Source of the DNA: Microcystis aeruginosa NIES-2549
Lineage (GTDB): Bacteria; Cyanobacteriota; Cyanobacteriia; Cyanobacteriales; Microcystaceae
NCBI RefSeq assembly: GCF_000981785.2
Contig: NZ_CP011304.1
Coordinates: 1,230,001 to 1,262,000, forward strand
Reading direction: 5' to 3'
Length of the DNA: 32,000 nucleotides
Shown: piece after piece, positions 1-7,744 of the stretch
Numbering within the stretch: position 1 is the stretch's first letter
Layout of the letters: every line of letters begins with the position of its first letter
Notes under the pieces: model-generated
Database searches by the model: none
The model's input: the letters and a program-made list of their open reading frames with translations, nothing else
What the model was told of the DNA's origin: nothing
Translations under genes and position numbers: made by a program

Positions 1-174
1 CCTCTAGGACAAACCCTAGGACAATCGCTTCTGATCGGTTTACAGCCCAGTTTATTAACAGCAACAGCAGATATTATCAGTTTAGCCGATGAAAACCTGA
101 GTAGTTGGAGTTGGGGGCTAAGTTTTGCCAGTATGAACCACGAAACCCAGTATAGTCGTCTATTTCGCAGTTAG
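1..174 (+). CDS. 3' end of an unidentified CDS entering from upstream of the window (57 codons)
   Basis: Frame 1 is open from nt 1 to TAG at 172-174 (...[21 protein letters not shown]). No family recognised. Confidence 0.3.
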   Translation, partial: PLGQTLGQSLLIGLQPSLLTATADIISLADENLSSWSWGLSFASMNHETQYSRLFRS

Positions 175-401
175 AAGTTTAGATAGGAGAACAGATGTAT
201 TATTATCGAATTTTTTGCTATTTTCCGGGAGAATATGCAAGTCTCTAGGAGTCTCTCTCTTAGGTTCAAGCCCAGAGAATGACGTAAAAACAAAATAAGG
301 TATAGTAAGATAAAAAAAATCTTAGGTCCTAGTTCTCGCTTTTTGAGTAACTAAGGGTTTTAAGGAAAGGTGCGAACACTCTACCTAGCCACAGTGTACC
401 A

Positions 402-1352
402 ATGTTTAGTCAATCAGAAAAAATTCCCGTTTCGGTGTTAATTCCCGCCAAAAACGAGGAATCTAACCTTCCCGCCTGTTTAGAGAGTGTTGCTAGGGCT
501 GATGAAGTGTTTGTCGTCGATTCCCAAAGTAGCGATCGCTCGATCGAAATATCTACCAACTATGGGGCCAATGTAGTCCAATTTTATTTTAATGGTCGTT
601 GGCCGAAAAAGAAAAACTGGTCCCTCGATAACCTGCCTTTTCGCAATGAATGGGTATTAATCGTCGATTGTGATGAGAGAATCACCCCCGAACTATGGGA
701 CGAAATCGCCACTGTAATCCAAGATCCCAACTATAACGGTTATTATCTCAATCGTCGCGTCTTCTTCCTCGGACAATGGATCCGTTATGGTGGCAAGTAT
801 CCCGACTGGAATCTGCGTTTATTTAAACATAAGTCGGGCAGATACGAGAATTTAAACACGGAAGATATCCCCAACACGGGAGATAACGAAGTTCATGAAC
901 ACGTTATCCTCGATGGCAAGGTGGGCTATCTAAAAAATGATATGCTGCACATCGATTTCCGCGATATCTATCATTGGTTAGAAAGACATAATCGTTATTC
1001 CAACTGGGAAGCGCGGGTTTATTACAATATTCTCACGGGTAATGACGAAAGCGGCACGATCGGAGCGAACTTGTTCGGTGATGCGGTGCAGAGAAAACGT
1101 TTTTTAAAGAAAATTTGGGTAAAACTGCCTTTTAAACCGCTGCTGCGCTTTATTCTCTTTTATGTTATCCGTTTCGGTTTCTTGGATGGCAAAGCTGGTT
1201 ATATCTACGGTCGTCTTTTGAGTCAGTACGAATACCAAATTGGGGTTAAATTGTACGAATTACGGCAATTTGGCGGTAAATTAAACGTTAATGCCCCTGC
1301 TAATCCCCCGATTAAACCCTCGGAACCTCAACCGGTAGAAATGATTAAATAA
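402..1352 (+). CDS. Glycosyltransferase family 2 protein (polysaccharide/LPS-type)
   Basis: 316-aa ORF. The N-terminus VSVLIPAKNEESNLPACLESV...VVDSQSSDRS...IVDCDE is typical of the GT2 (GT-A fold, DxD) family. It lies 5 nt upstream of an acetyltransferase gene. Confidence 0.85.
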   Translation: MFSQSEKIPVSVLIPAKNEESNLPACLESVARADEVFVVDSQSSDRSIEISTNYGANVVQFYFNGRWPKKKNWSLDNLPFRNEWVLIVDCDERITPELWDEIATVIQDPNYNGYYLNRRVFFLGQWIRYGGKYPDWNLRLFKHKSGRYENLNTEDIPNTGDNEVHEHVILDGKVGYLKNDMLHIDFRDIYHWLERHNRYSNWEARVYYNILTGNDESGTIGANLFGDAVQRKRFLKKIWVKLPFKPLLRFILFYVIRFGFLDGKAGYIYGRLLSQYEYQIGVKLYELRQFGGKLNVNAPANPPIKPSEPQPVEMIK

Positions 1353-1357
1353 GTCCT

Positions 1358-1948
1358 ATGTCCCCAGAAATCCGCACCGATGAGGAAGCGTGGCTAGATC
1401 TGCGTACCTACGATCAATCTTGGTTCGATCGCGGTCGTTCTAATCCAATTATCCTACTTTGGTGGTTAGTACAGGGAATTCTTTTTCCCCTCAGTTTGCA
1501 TCAGATGGATAGCTTTCGCTGCGCTGTTTTGCGGCTATTTGGGGCTAAAATCGGCCTTGGGGTGAAAATTCGCCCGACGGTAAGGGTGACTTATCCCTGG
1601 AAAGTGGCGATCGGCGATTATACTTGGATTGGCGATGATGTGGTGATTTATAGTTTAGATAATGTTACCATCGGCAGTCATTGTGTGATTTCTCAAAAAT
1701 GCTATCTTTGCACTGGCAGTCACGATCCCGGCGATCGCTCTTTTGGTTTAAAAACCACTCCCATCCTCATCGGTAATGGTACATGGATCGCGGCCGATTG
1801 TTTTTTGGCTCCGGGGGTAAAAATTGGCTCTAATGTTGTTATTGGGGCAAGAAGCAGCGTATTTGCCGATATTCCCGCTCAAAAGGTCGCTTGGGGTAGT
1901 CCCTGTCGTCCTCAATACGATAGAAAGATGAATTCTTATAGTAGTTAA
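1358..1948 (+). CDS. Hexapeptide-repeat O-acetyltransferase (WcaF-like, polysaccharide modification)
   Basis: 196-aa ORF with left-handed beta-helix hexapeptide repeats (IGDYTWIGDDVVIYS, IGNGTWIAADCFLAPGVKIGSNVVIGARSSV) and a hydrophobic N-terminal segment. Appears co-transcribed with the GT2 gene. Confidence 0.8.
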   Translation: MSPEIRTDEEAWLDLRTYDQSWFDRGRSNPIILLWWLVQGILFPLSLHQMDSFRCAVLRLFGAKIGLGVKIRPTVRVTYPWKVAIGDYTWIGDDVVIYSLDNVTIGSHCVISQKCYLCTGSHDPGDRSFGLKTTPILIGNGTWIAADCFLAPGVKIGSNVVIGARSSVFADIPAQKVAWGSPCRPQYDRKMNSYSS

Positions 1949-2078
1949 GCTAAGAGGCATTTTTGGCGGTCTTCCGCTCGCTTTTGCCCCACTGTTTCCC
2001 ACGGGACATATTAAGCTGTTCGTAATTTAATTAGCATTTTTATCGATTTTTGTCAAGATATATTTGACACAATTTATT

Positions 2079-2110
2079 AGAAAAAGGGTTTCTAAAGAAA
2101 CCCTTTTTCT
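2079..2110. terminator. Perfect 14-bp stem / 4-nt loop hairpin, likely a bidirectional intrinsic terminator
   Basis: agaaaaagggtttc-taaa-gaaaccctttttct is a perfect inverted repeat with T/A runs built into both arms. It lies 130 nt after the acetyltransferase stop and 1 nt before the first CRISPR repeat. Confidence 0.6.
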
Positions 2111-2111
2111 A

Positions 2112-2527
2112 GTTTCCAACTAATCCTATTTGACCTAATAGGTAAGGAGTAAGAGTAGGGCTAATTCATGAATTAGCCCTACTTTTTTAGTTTCCAACTA
2201 ATCCTATTTGACCTAATAGGTAAGGTTCACTGGCTCACCACCATGCCAAGGATTCTCAATAGTGTTTCCAACTAATCCTATTTGACCTAATAGGTAAGGT
2301 CCTTGCCATTATTAGCCCTGCTCGGGCCCAAGAACTCAAGTTTCCAACTAATCCTATTTGACCTAATAGGTAAGGCAGAGCCGTAAAATCGACGGGCAGA
2401 AAATGAATTCTACTGTTTCCAACTAATCCGATTTGACCTAATAGGTAAGGTTAGTCTGATTTTTTAATCAGTGTAGAAAAGCCCCCCTCAAGTTTCCAAC
2501 TAATCCTATTTGACCTAATAGGTAAGG
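2112..2527 (-). CRISPR. CRISPR array, 6 x 36-nt repeats and 5 spacers (42, 38, 40, 39, 41 nt); no cas genes in the window
   Basis: The repeat GTTTCCAACTAATCCTATTTGACCTAATAGGTAAGG occurs at 2112, 2190, 2264, 2340, 2415 and 2492. The fifth copy has T>G at 2430. Spacers are unique. The reverse complement ends in ...GTTGGAAAC, which is the usual 3' end of cyanobacterial type I-D/III repeats, hence the minus-strand call. The AT-rich flank is on the left side, so orientation is not settled. Confidence 0.9.
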
Positions 2528-3185
2528 AGTACCCCTTGGAAAGTCTCATCGAGAGGGGAAGACAGACCCCCAGACGCATCTCCAAAAAGGTGGTATTGGG
2601 GGGGGGTAAAAGTCCCGATACCAAAGGGTAGAACCCTGACTGGGAGAGCAATCGACACATCTAACCAGAGAATCGGGGTTTTAGGTCGGGGAGAGGCTGC
2701 ATCGATTTTCAACCAAGAGTTAGGGGACAAGCTCACCGTCCGTAGAGATTGGGGGGTGGTTGAGGAGGAGAACCTCCCATCACCAACAATCTAGAGACAG
2801 CTTCTTCGGAAATCCTATAGAAGCGCTCATCATCCTCTTGAGGATTGACCCTTTCTACTACTTTAGCGTACAGTTTCCGCCTCTCGATGTGTAATTAATT
2901 TTGCTTAAGTAGGGATTGCTGAATAAATCTAAAAACCTTGTTGGGTAAGACTTTTAGACTTTTTGTCAATCAAAAAAGACCAGAGATGGGAGTGATCAGG
3001 GGGAAAATTTAGGGACTTTTTCCCTGAAAATTAGGTAATTGACCAGATGAAAATCGGTAAAACCCCACACCCCAACCCCACCAACAAACTTTTTCAGCAA
3101 ACCCTAAGTAATTAAGTAGCTGGTTATGATTAAATTAAAAATGGATTTTAACTTCGATCCCCCCTTAATCCCCCCCCCTTGATAA

Positions 3186-4054
3186 GGGTAGGGCTATTTC
3201 AAGGTCGATAGAGGGATTGTAAAAAAGAGGTTAGTGTGTATAATCACAATATTAACCTGACATAAGCCAAAATATGCCTAAAAATCTAATTTATTATCTG
3301 GAGAAAATTCCTGACTTCCGAGAGCCGAGAGGATGCCGTCACCGATTGTCAGTTGTCTTGCTTATTACCATCCTGGCCATCATGAGTGGAGAACTGGGCT
3401 ATCAAGCAATGTCTCGTTTTTTAGAACGCCATCGTCGTAACTTGTCTTTTGTTACTCGGTCTGCCCATATCCCGTATCCCCTCTACATCAGTGATTAGAC
3501 GAGTTTTAATAGGATTAAACTATAAAAAAGTCGGTTCTTCCGAACTTACACTGTAGAAAATTCCTCAAGTTCCCTCTCTGCCCAGCAATGCTCTAAAGTT
3601 GATAAATATCAATCTAACAAAAACTCAAAGCCTTAGTATACAAGCTTTACAAGCACGAGTTGTTGATAGTTTTACATGACAGGTTCGGTAGAGCCAAAAA
3701 GTCGAAGAACAATTGAACGAGTGGCTAAAAGAGAATGCTAAAGTTCCCGAAGGTGAATGGGTCAGTGGAGAGGGAAAAGCACTTAAAAATACGGTGTTGA
3801 ATTATGATGATTCTCAACAAGTATTTTTTAATTTCGTCTCATTGTCCCCAGAAAAAGGGACTTTCCCCCATCAACATTTCCTTGTTAAAGACATGGGTTT
3901 TAACCTTGTACAGGTTAGAGGGTTATGATTCTTTAACAAAGGGAATTGACCACAATAAGCACAACATCCGCCAATTATTGTCTTTATGTCCCTAAAATTT
4001 CGTTTCTCGCCGTATTTCTCCTTTTTTCTTGAGAATGAAATAGCCCTACTACCC
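3186..4054 (+). mobile_element. Internally deleted, non-autonomous ISAs1-family insertion sequence (about 0.87 kb) with terminal inverted repeats and a target-site duplication
   Basis: The left end gggtagggctatttca (3186-3201) matches the right end tgaaatagccctactaccc (4036-4054) as an inverted repeat with a 3-nt indel. The element is flanked by direct repeats ttgataa(ggg) at 3179-3185 and 4055-4061. It contains frameshifted ISAs1-type transposase fragments. Confidence 0.7.
3274..3995 (+). pseudogene. ISAs1-family (H-repeat-associated) transposase, disrupted by frameshifts and an internal deletion
   Basis: Fragment 3274-3498 (PDFREPRGCRHRLSVVLLITILAIMSGELGYQAMSRFLERH) matches the ISAs1 transposase N-terminus. 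A shifted frame continues as GLPISRIPSTSVIRRVLIGLNYKKV. Fragments 3713-3928 (GEGKALKNT) and 3804-3995 are in other frames. The total coding length is far too short for an intact transposase. Confidence 0.7.
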
Positions 4055-4101
4055 TTGATAAGGGGGGAAATCTGACAATTTTTAACACCTACCTACTTAA
4101 T

Positions 4102-4129
4102 CACTGATAACCGATAACTGATAACTGAA
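4102..4129. repeat. Heptamer tandem repeat (STRR-like), 4 units cactgat/aaccgat/aactgat/aactgaa, abutting the ATG at 4130
   Basis: Direct reading of 4102-4129. The same unit family recurs at 5795-5835. Confidence 0.7.
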
Positions 4130-5593
4130 ATGACCTCTGACCCGTCCCTCGATCGAGCTTGGAATACCGAAGACCTAGAACAAGCGCTTCGAGGTGTCGG
4201 CACTATTCAAGAAGAACTCAACTATAATCAGGCACGCAATTCTCTGAGCAAACTTGTTGAGCGTCTGGATCTTACCTCGATCGAGAAAATTGGTCTAGAA
4301 GCGGAGATCGATCGCCTGGTGGCCCTGCTAGAAAAACTCGATCGATCCCTGATTCAAATTGCCGCTTTTGGCCTGGTGGGCCGGGGAAAATCCTCGATTT
4401 TAAATGCTCTGGTCGGTCAAGAAATCTTTACAACCGGTCCTTTACACGGAGTTACCCGCACCATTGAAGGGGTAAATTGGCAGTTAAGCAGCGATGATAC
4501 TTTCCCCAATCTAGCGCGTCTGACCCTGAACGGCCAGGGTAATGCTCAGGTGCAATTGCTTGATACTCCCGGTATTGATGAGGTAGATGGGCAAACGAGG
4601 GAAATTCTCGCCTGTCAGGTGGCGCAGCAGGTGGATTTAATCCTTTTTATCATCTCTGGTGATATGACCAAAGTGGAATTTTCCGCCCTGGCCAAGTTGC
4701 GGGAAGCAGGAAAACCGATGATTTTGGTCTTTAATAAAATCGATCAGTATCCAGAAGTCGATCGCCTCGCTATCTATGAGAAAATCGCCTCAGAACGGGT
4801 CAAAGAATTACTCTCCCCCGATGAGATTGTTATGGTGGCGGCCTCTCCCCTCTTGGCGGAGACCGTCAAGGGGCAGGATGGGCGGCTAAAAACGCAACGA
4901 TTTCGGGGAAAACCCCAGATAGAAGCCCTGAAACTCAAAATTTTAGAAATTCTAGAGCGAGAGGGTAAATCGCTGGTAGCACTCAATTCTATGCTGTATG
5001 CGGACGAGGTAAACGAGCAAATTGTCGCCCGCAAAATGGCTATCCGCGATCACGGCGCTAATCAATTGATTCAAAAAGCAGTGATGATCAAAGCATCGGC
5101 GATCGCTCTTAATCCGGTGACGGTGTTGGATCTGTTTACGGGGGCAGTTATCGATCTGGCCATGATTCTCGCTCTTTCTCGCTTATACGGCATCGATTTA
5201 ACTCGTCAGGGGGCGATCGCTCTTTTACAAAAAATTGCCCTCAATATGGGGGGTATTAGTGCCAGCGAATTTTTAGCGGTTTTGGGCTTAAGTTCCCTCA
5301 AAGGACTGCTTGGCCTCTCGATTCCTGCCACTGGCGGCATTTCTCTCCTTCCCTATACTTCGATCGCCCTGACTCAAGCGGGAGTTGCCGGTGTATCCTG
5401 TTACGCGATCGGCCAAGTGACGAAAACCTATCTCGCTAATGGGGCCACTTGGGGACCCGATGGCCCGAAGGCAGTGGTGGCCAGTATTCTCGATTCCCTC
5501 GATGAAACCTCGATTCTCAACCGGATTAAGCGGGAATTAGGCTCAAAATTGGGGGGTGGGGGACTTTTCAGTGTTGCCAAAGGCACGGCGTAG
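4130..5593 (+). CDS. GTP-binding protein with a C-terminal DUF697-type membrane domain
   Basis: 487-aa ORF with G1 GLVGRGKSSILNALVG, G3 DTPGIDE and G4 NKID. The C-terminal third is hydrophobic and glycine-rich (AIALNPVTVLDLFTGAVIDLAMILALSRLYG...), as in DUF697/YcjF-like proteins. Confidence 0.8.
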   Translation: MTSDPSLDRAWNTEDLEQALRGVGTIQEELNYNQARNSLSKLVERLDLTSIEKIGLEAEIDRLVALLEKLDRSLIQIAAFGLVGRGKSSILNALVGQEIFTTGPLHGVTRTIEGVNWQLSSDDTFPNLARLTLNGQGNAQVQLLDTPGIDEVDGQTREILACQVAQQVDLILFIISGDMTKVEFSALAKLREAGKPMILVFNKIDQYPEVDRLAIYEKIASERVKELLSPDEIVMVAASPLLAETVKGQDGRLKTQRFRGKPQIEALKLKILEILEREGKSLVALNSMLYADEVNEQIVARKMAIRDHGANQLIQKAVMIKASAIALNPVTVLDLFTGAVIDLAMILALSRLYGIDLTRQGAIALLQKIALNMGGISASEFLAVLGLSSLKGLLGLSIPATGGISLLPYTSIALTQAGVAGVSCYAIGQVTKTYLANGATWGPDGPKAVVASILDSLDETSILNRIKRELGSKLGGGGLFSVAKGTA

Positions 5594-5605
5594 CCGTCCA
5601 GTAAA

Positions 5606-5669
5606 CAGTAATCAGTAATCAGTCAACTGAAGGCAAGAGGCAACAGGCAACAGGCAATAGGCAATAGGC
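5606..5669. repeat. Two heptamer tandem arrays: cagtaat x2.6 (5606-5623) and ggcaaNa x5.4 (5632-5669)
   Basis: Direct reading: cagtaatcagtaatcagt, then ggcaaga ggcaaca ggcaaca ggcaata ggcaata ggc. Confidence 0.75.
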
Positions 5670-5705
5670 TCCCAGAAAGAATCTGGCAATTCTCCTACCT
5701 AAAAA
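5627..5705. repeat. Dispersed intergenic repeat, copy A (copy B is at 15504-15567)
   Basis: Both copies share ctgaaggcaagagg, aacaggcaa and an identical 28-mer agaatctggcaattctcctacctaaaaa, in the same orientation. Confidence 0.8.
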
Positions 5706-5794
5706 GAAGGTTAGAAACTGAGTAAATTAAAGCTTTTAGCTTAACAAATTTGGTATTAGATTCAGCCCTTGTGAACTGAAAATTCAAATCTGAC

Positions 5795-5835
5795 CACTGA
5801 TCACTGATAACTGATCACTGATCACTGATCACTGA
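5795..5835. repeat. Heptamer tandem repeat cactgat x5.9 (one aactgat variant)
   Basis: Direct reading. The array ends 5 nt from the stop codon of the minus-strand toxin gene. Confidence 0.8.
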
Positions 5836-5840
5836 CTCGA

Positions 5841-6137
5841 TCAATCCAAGAAATGCTTACTATGGACGATCGCCGCTATAATAACTACCGCCCCTTGAAT
5901 TTGATAGATCAGACGGTAGGCATAGGCAGACTTTTCTCGGATGGTATCATCGCTAAATTCGGCGCATTTTTTCGCTTCTAGGGGACAATTTTCTAAAGAA
6001 TAGCTTATATCAAGAATTCGACGCACGACGGCCGCCGCGTAGGACGGGGAATCTCGACTAATATAAGATGCGATCGCATCTACGTCTTCAATTGCTTTGG
6101 GCGACCAGACAAGGCGATAATTCACTCGATCAGCCAT
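5841..6137 (-). CDS. Type II toxin-antitoxin system toxin, RelE/ParE family
   Basis: 98 aa. The pattern YRLVWSPKAIEDVDAIASYI...AYRLIYQIQGAVVIIAAIVHSK is characteristic of ParE/RelE-fold toxins. It overlaps the upstream small ORF by 16 nt. Confidence 0.8.
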   Translation of the reverse strand: MADRVNYRLVWSPKAIEDVDAIASYISRDSPSYAAAVVRRILDISYSLENCPLEAKKCAEFSDDTIREKSAYAYRLIYQIQGAVVIIAAIVHSKHFLD

Positions 6138-6310
6138 TTGTTTAAAAGACCCTCAACTTCTTCTTGGGGGATTGTATTCTCCAGAGAGGCAGCGTTCAAA
6201 CTTTGACGCACCTTCTCCAGAACGTATAAATGATACTGAATATCTTCAATTGAACAATCATCTGGTAATTGATTCAAGAGGGATTCAACTTTTTGTCTAA
6301 TGCTATTCAT
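6122..6310 (-). CDS. Putative cognate antitoxin (small acidic protein)
   Basis: 62-aa ORF immediately upstream of the toxin and overlapping it. Size and position fit an antitoxin, but no family was recognised from the sequence. Confidence 0.6.
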   Translation of the reverse strand: MNSIRQKVESLLNQLPDDCSIEDIQYHLYVLEKVRQSLNAASLENTIPQEEVEGLLNKWLIE

Positions 6311-6664
6311 ACAAGTTTGACCGAAGTTTTTAAGGAAAAGTATAAATTTAAGTTATCCATCAACTATCATCTATCATTTATCATCGGATAGAAAATTATA
6401 GTTACGCCTCCTATCCTAAGCCATAGTCCCCAGAAAAGCGAGAAAAAGTTAAGAATAGATAAGGTGATTATCTAGCTTTTGTAACATTGGGGCGGGGATA
6501 CTGTTAAGAATGCTTAATAATTTCCTTATCTGCTCAATCCCCGCAACTTTTAGGGATTATTGACCGATAACCATCTAGCGGCCACAAGACCCCCCCCAAT
6601 CGCAGAAAATTTTTGTTACATTAGTTTACAGTTCCCTCAACGCCCCAGTGGGTTATTAATTTTA

Positions 6665-7357
6665 ATGTCTTCTTCGGTTCCTTCGTCGGATTTTATACCC
6701 TTAATCGGTCAAGAAACAGAAATCTTTAACTGGGCAAAATCCCATTATCGTAACCATACCTTTGCCAAAGATGAAAGAGTCGCCACGCGCCCCGGGCTGT
6801 TATACTTTGTGGAATCTGGGGCGATTCGTATTCTTGGTAAGGCACAAGTTAACGTTATCGACCAAAAATCCTGCCGTCAACTACCTATGGCCGACAGTGA
6901 GGAAGTATTTCTCGGTTTTGTGGGTGCAGGTCAACCTTTTGAGATTGTTTCTCAATTTCCCTTTCAATTACAAGCCCAAGCTCATCTAGACGGGACCGAG
7001 TTAGTCTGGTTATACTGGGAAGACCTAGAACAATGGCCGCAATTGCGATCGGCTGTTATGGAAACTTTTCGCCATCAATACCAGCGTAAGTTATTTTGGT
7101 TGAGTATTCTCGGTCAAAAACGCTCCCTCGATCGATTAATGGGGTTCTTAGTTCTATTATTGGAAGAATACGGTCAACCCTGTCTGGAAGGCTATTATCT
7201 CCCCTATACCCTAACTCACGCTCAAATTGCCAGCGCCATCGGCACTACCAGAGTAACAGTAACAAGATTAATCGGTAAATTGCGACAACAAAATTCGATC
7301 TTTTTTAAGCAGGATAATCTTATCGGATTGCCCAGTTTATTTTTGAGTCAGAATTAA
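6665..7357 (+). CDS. Crp/Fnr-family transcriptional regulator
   Basis: C-terminal HTH THAQIASAIGTTRVTVTRLIGKLRQQNSI, preceded by a cNMP-binding-like beta-roll region. Start placed at ATG 6665 (230 aa, the usual Crp size) rather than the track's TTG at 6560. Confidence 0.75.
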   Translation: MSSSVPSSDFIPLIGQETEIFNWAKSHYRNHTFAKDERVATRPGLLYFVESGAIRILGKAQVNVIDQKSCRQLPMADSEEVFLGFVGAGQPFEIVSQFPFQLQAQAHLDGTELVWLYWEDLEQWPQLRSAVMETFRHQYQRKLFWLSILGQKRSLDRLMGFLVLLLEEYGQPCLEGYYLPYTLTHAQIASAIGTTRVTVTRLIGKLRQQNSIFFKQDNLIGLPSLFLSQN

Positions 7358-7744
7358 TTTTTCTGCAGTGTTGCGGGTGCATCTCATTTTTGTAAATCTA
7401 CTAAGTTGGGATTTTTAAGGGGAAACTCTCGGATAAAATTGGGCATTACTTTCGATTTTATCACTCAATCCCAGCTTTTGGGGGGTTCTACCCCCCCAAA
7501 CCCTGGAGCGCATTAGTTTTAATTAAGACGATCACCTTCTTGTCGATGAGAAGCACGGCATAACTTAGTCGTTAGCTGGACTAAAAAGCTATCGTGATCG
7601 AGTTCCGCCTATTTCCTGTTCCGAAGTTCTTAATGAGAGTAGATGAACTCGGAAACTTGAAGTCATAACTGCTTACATAGTATTCTTAGGTAGAAGAATA
7701 ATGCCAAATAATTTTTCGACGCAAAAAAATAAAATTCAGGAAAG

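Noticed and set aside
1748-2002. 84-aa minus-strand ORF
   Set aside because: It is antisense to the well-supported hexapeptide acetyltransferase CDS, with low-complexity translation and no motif.
2451-2736. Track ORFs 2451-2660 and 2515-2736 (minus strand)
   Set aside because: They run into or over CRISPR repeats and spacers, have no recognisable family and overlap each other. Most likely they are chance ORFs in a non-coding region.
4774-5034. 86-aa minus-strand ORF inside the GTPase gene
   Set aside because: It is antisense shadow ORF of a CDS with clear G1/G3/G4 motifs.
4130-6310. Considered the GTPase plus toxin-antitoxin pair as a combined defence island
   Set aside because: The genes are convergent and separated by repeat-filled intergenic DNA. 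The GTPase/DUF697 type is a common cyanobacterial housekeeping-like protein. Nothing links them functionally.
6560-6664. TTG start at 6560 for the Crp-family gene
   Set aside because: It adds 35 residues not typical of Crp proteins. ATG 6665 gives a standard length of about 230 aa. This is not proven.
6762-7278. Plus-strand ORFs 6762-6989 and 7096-7278
   Set aside because: These are alternative frames inside the Crp-family CDS. The HTH motif supports the main frame.
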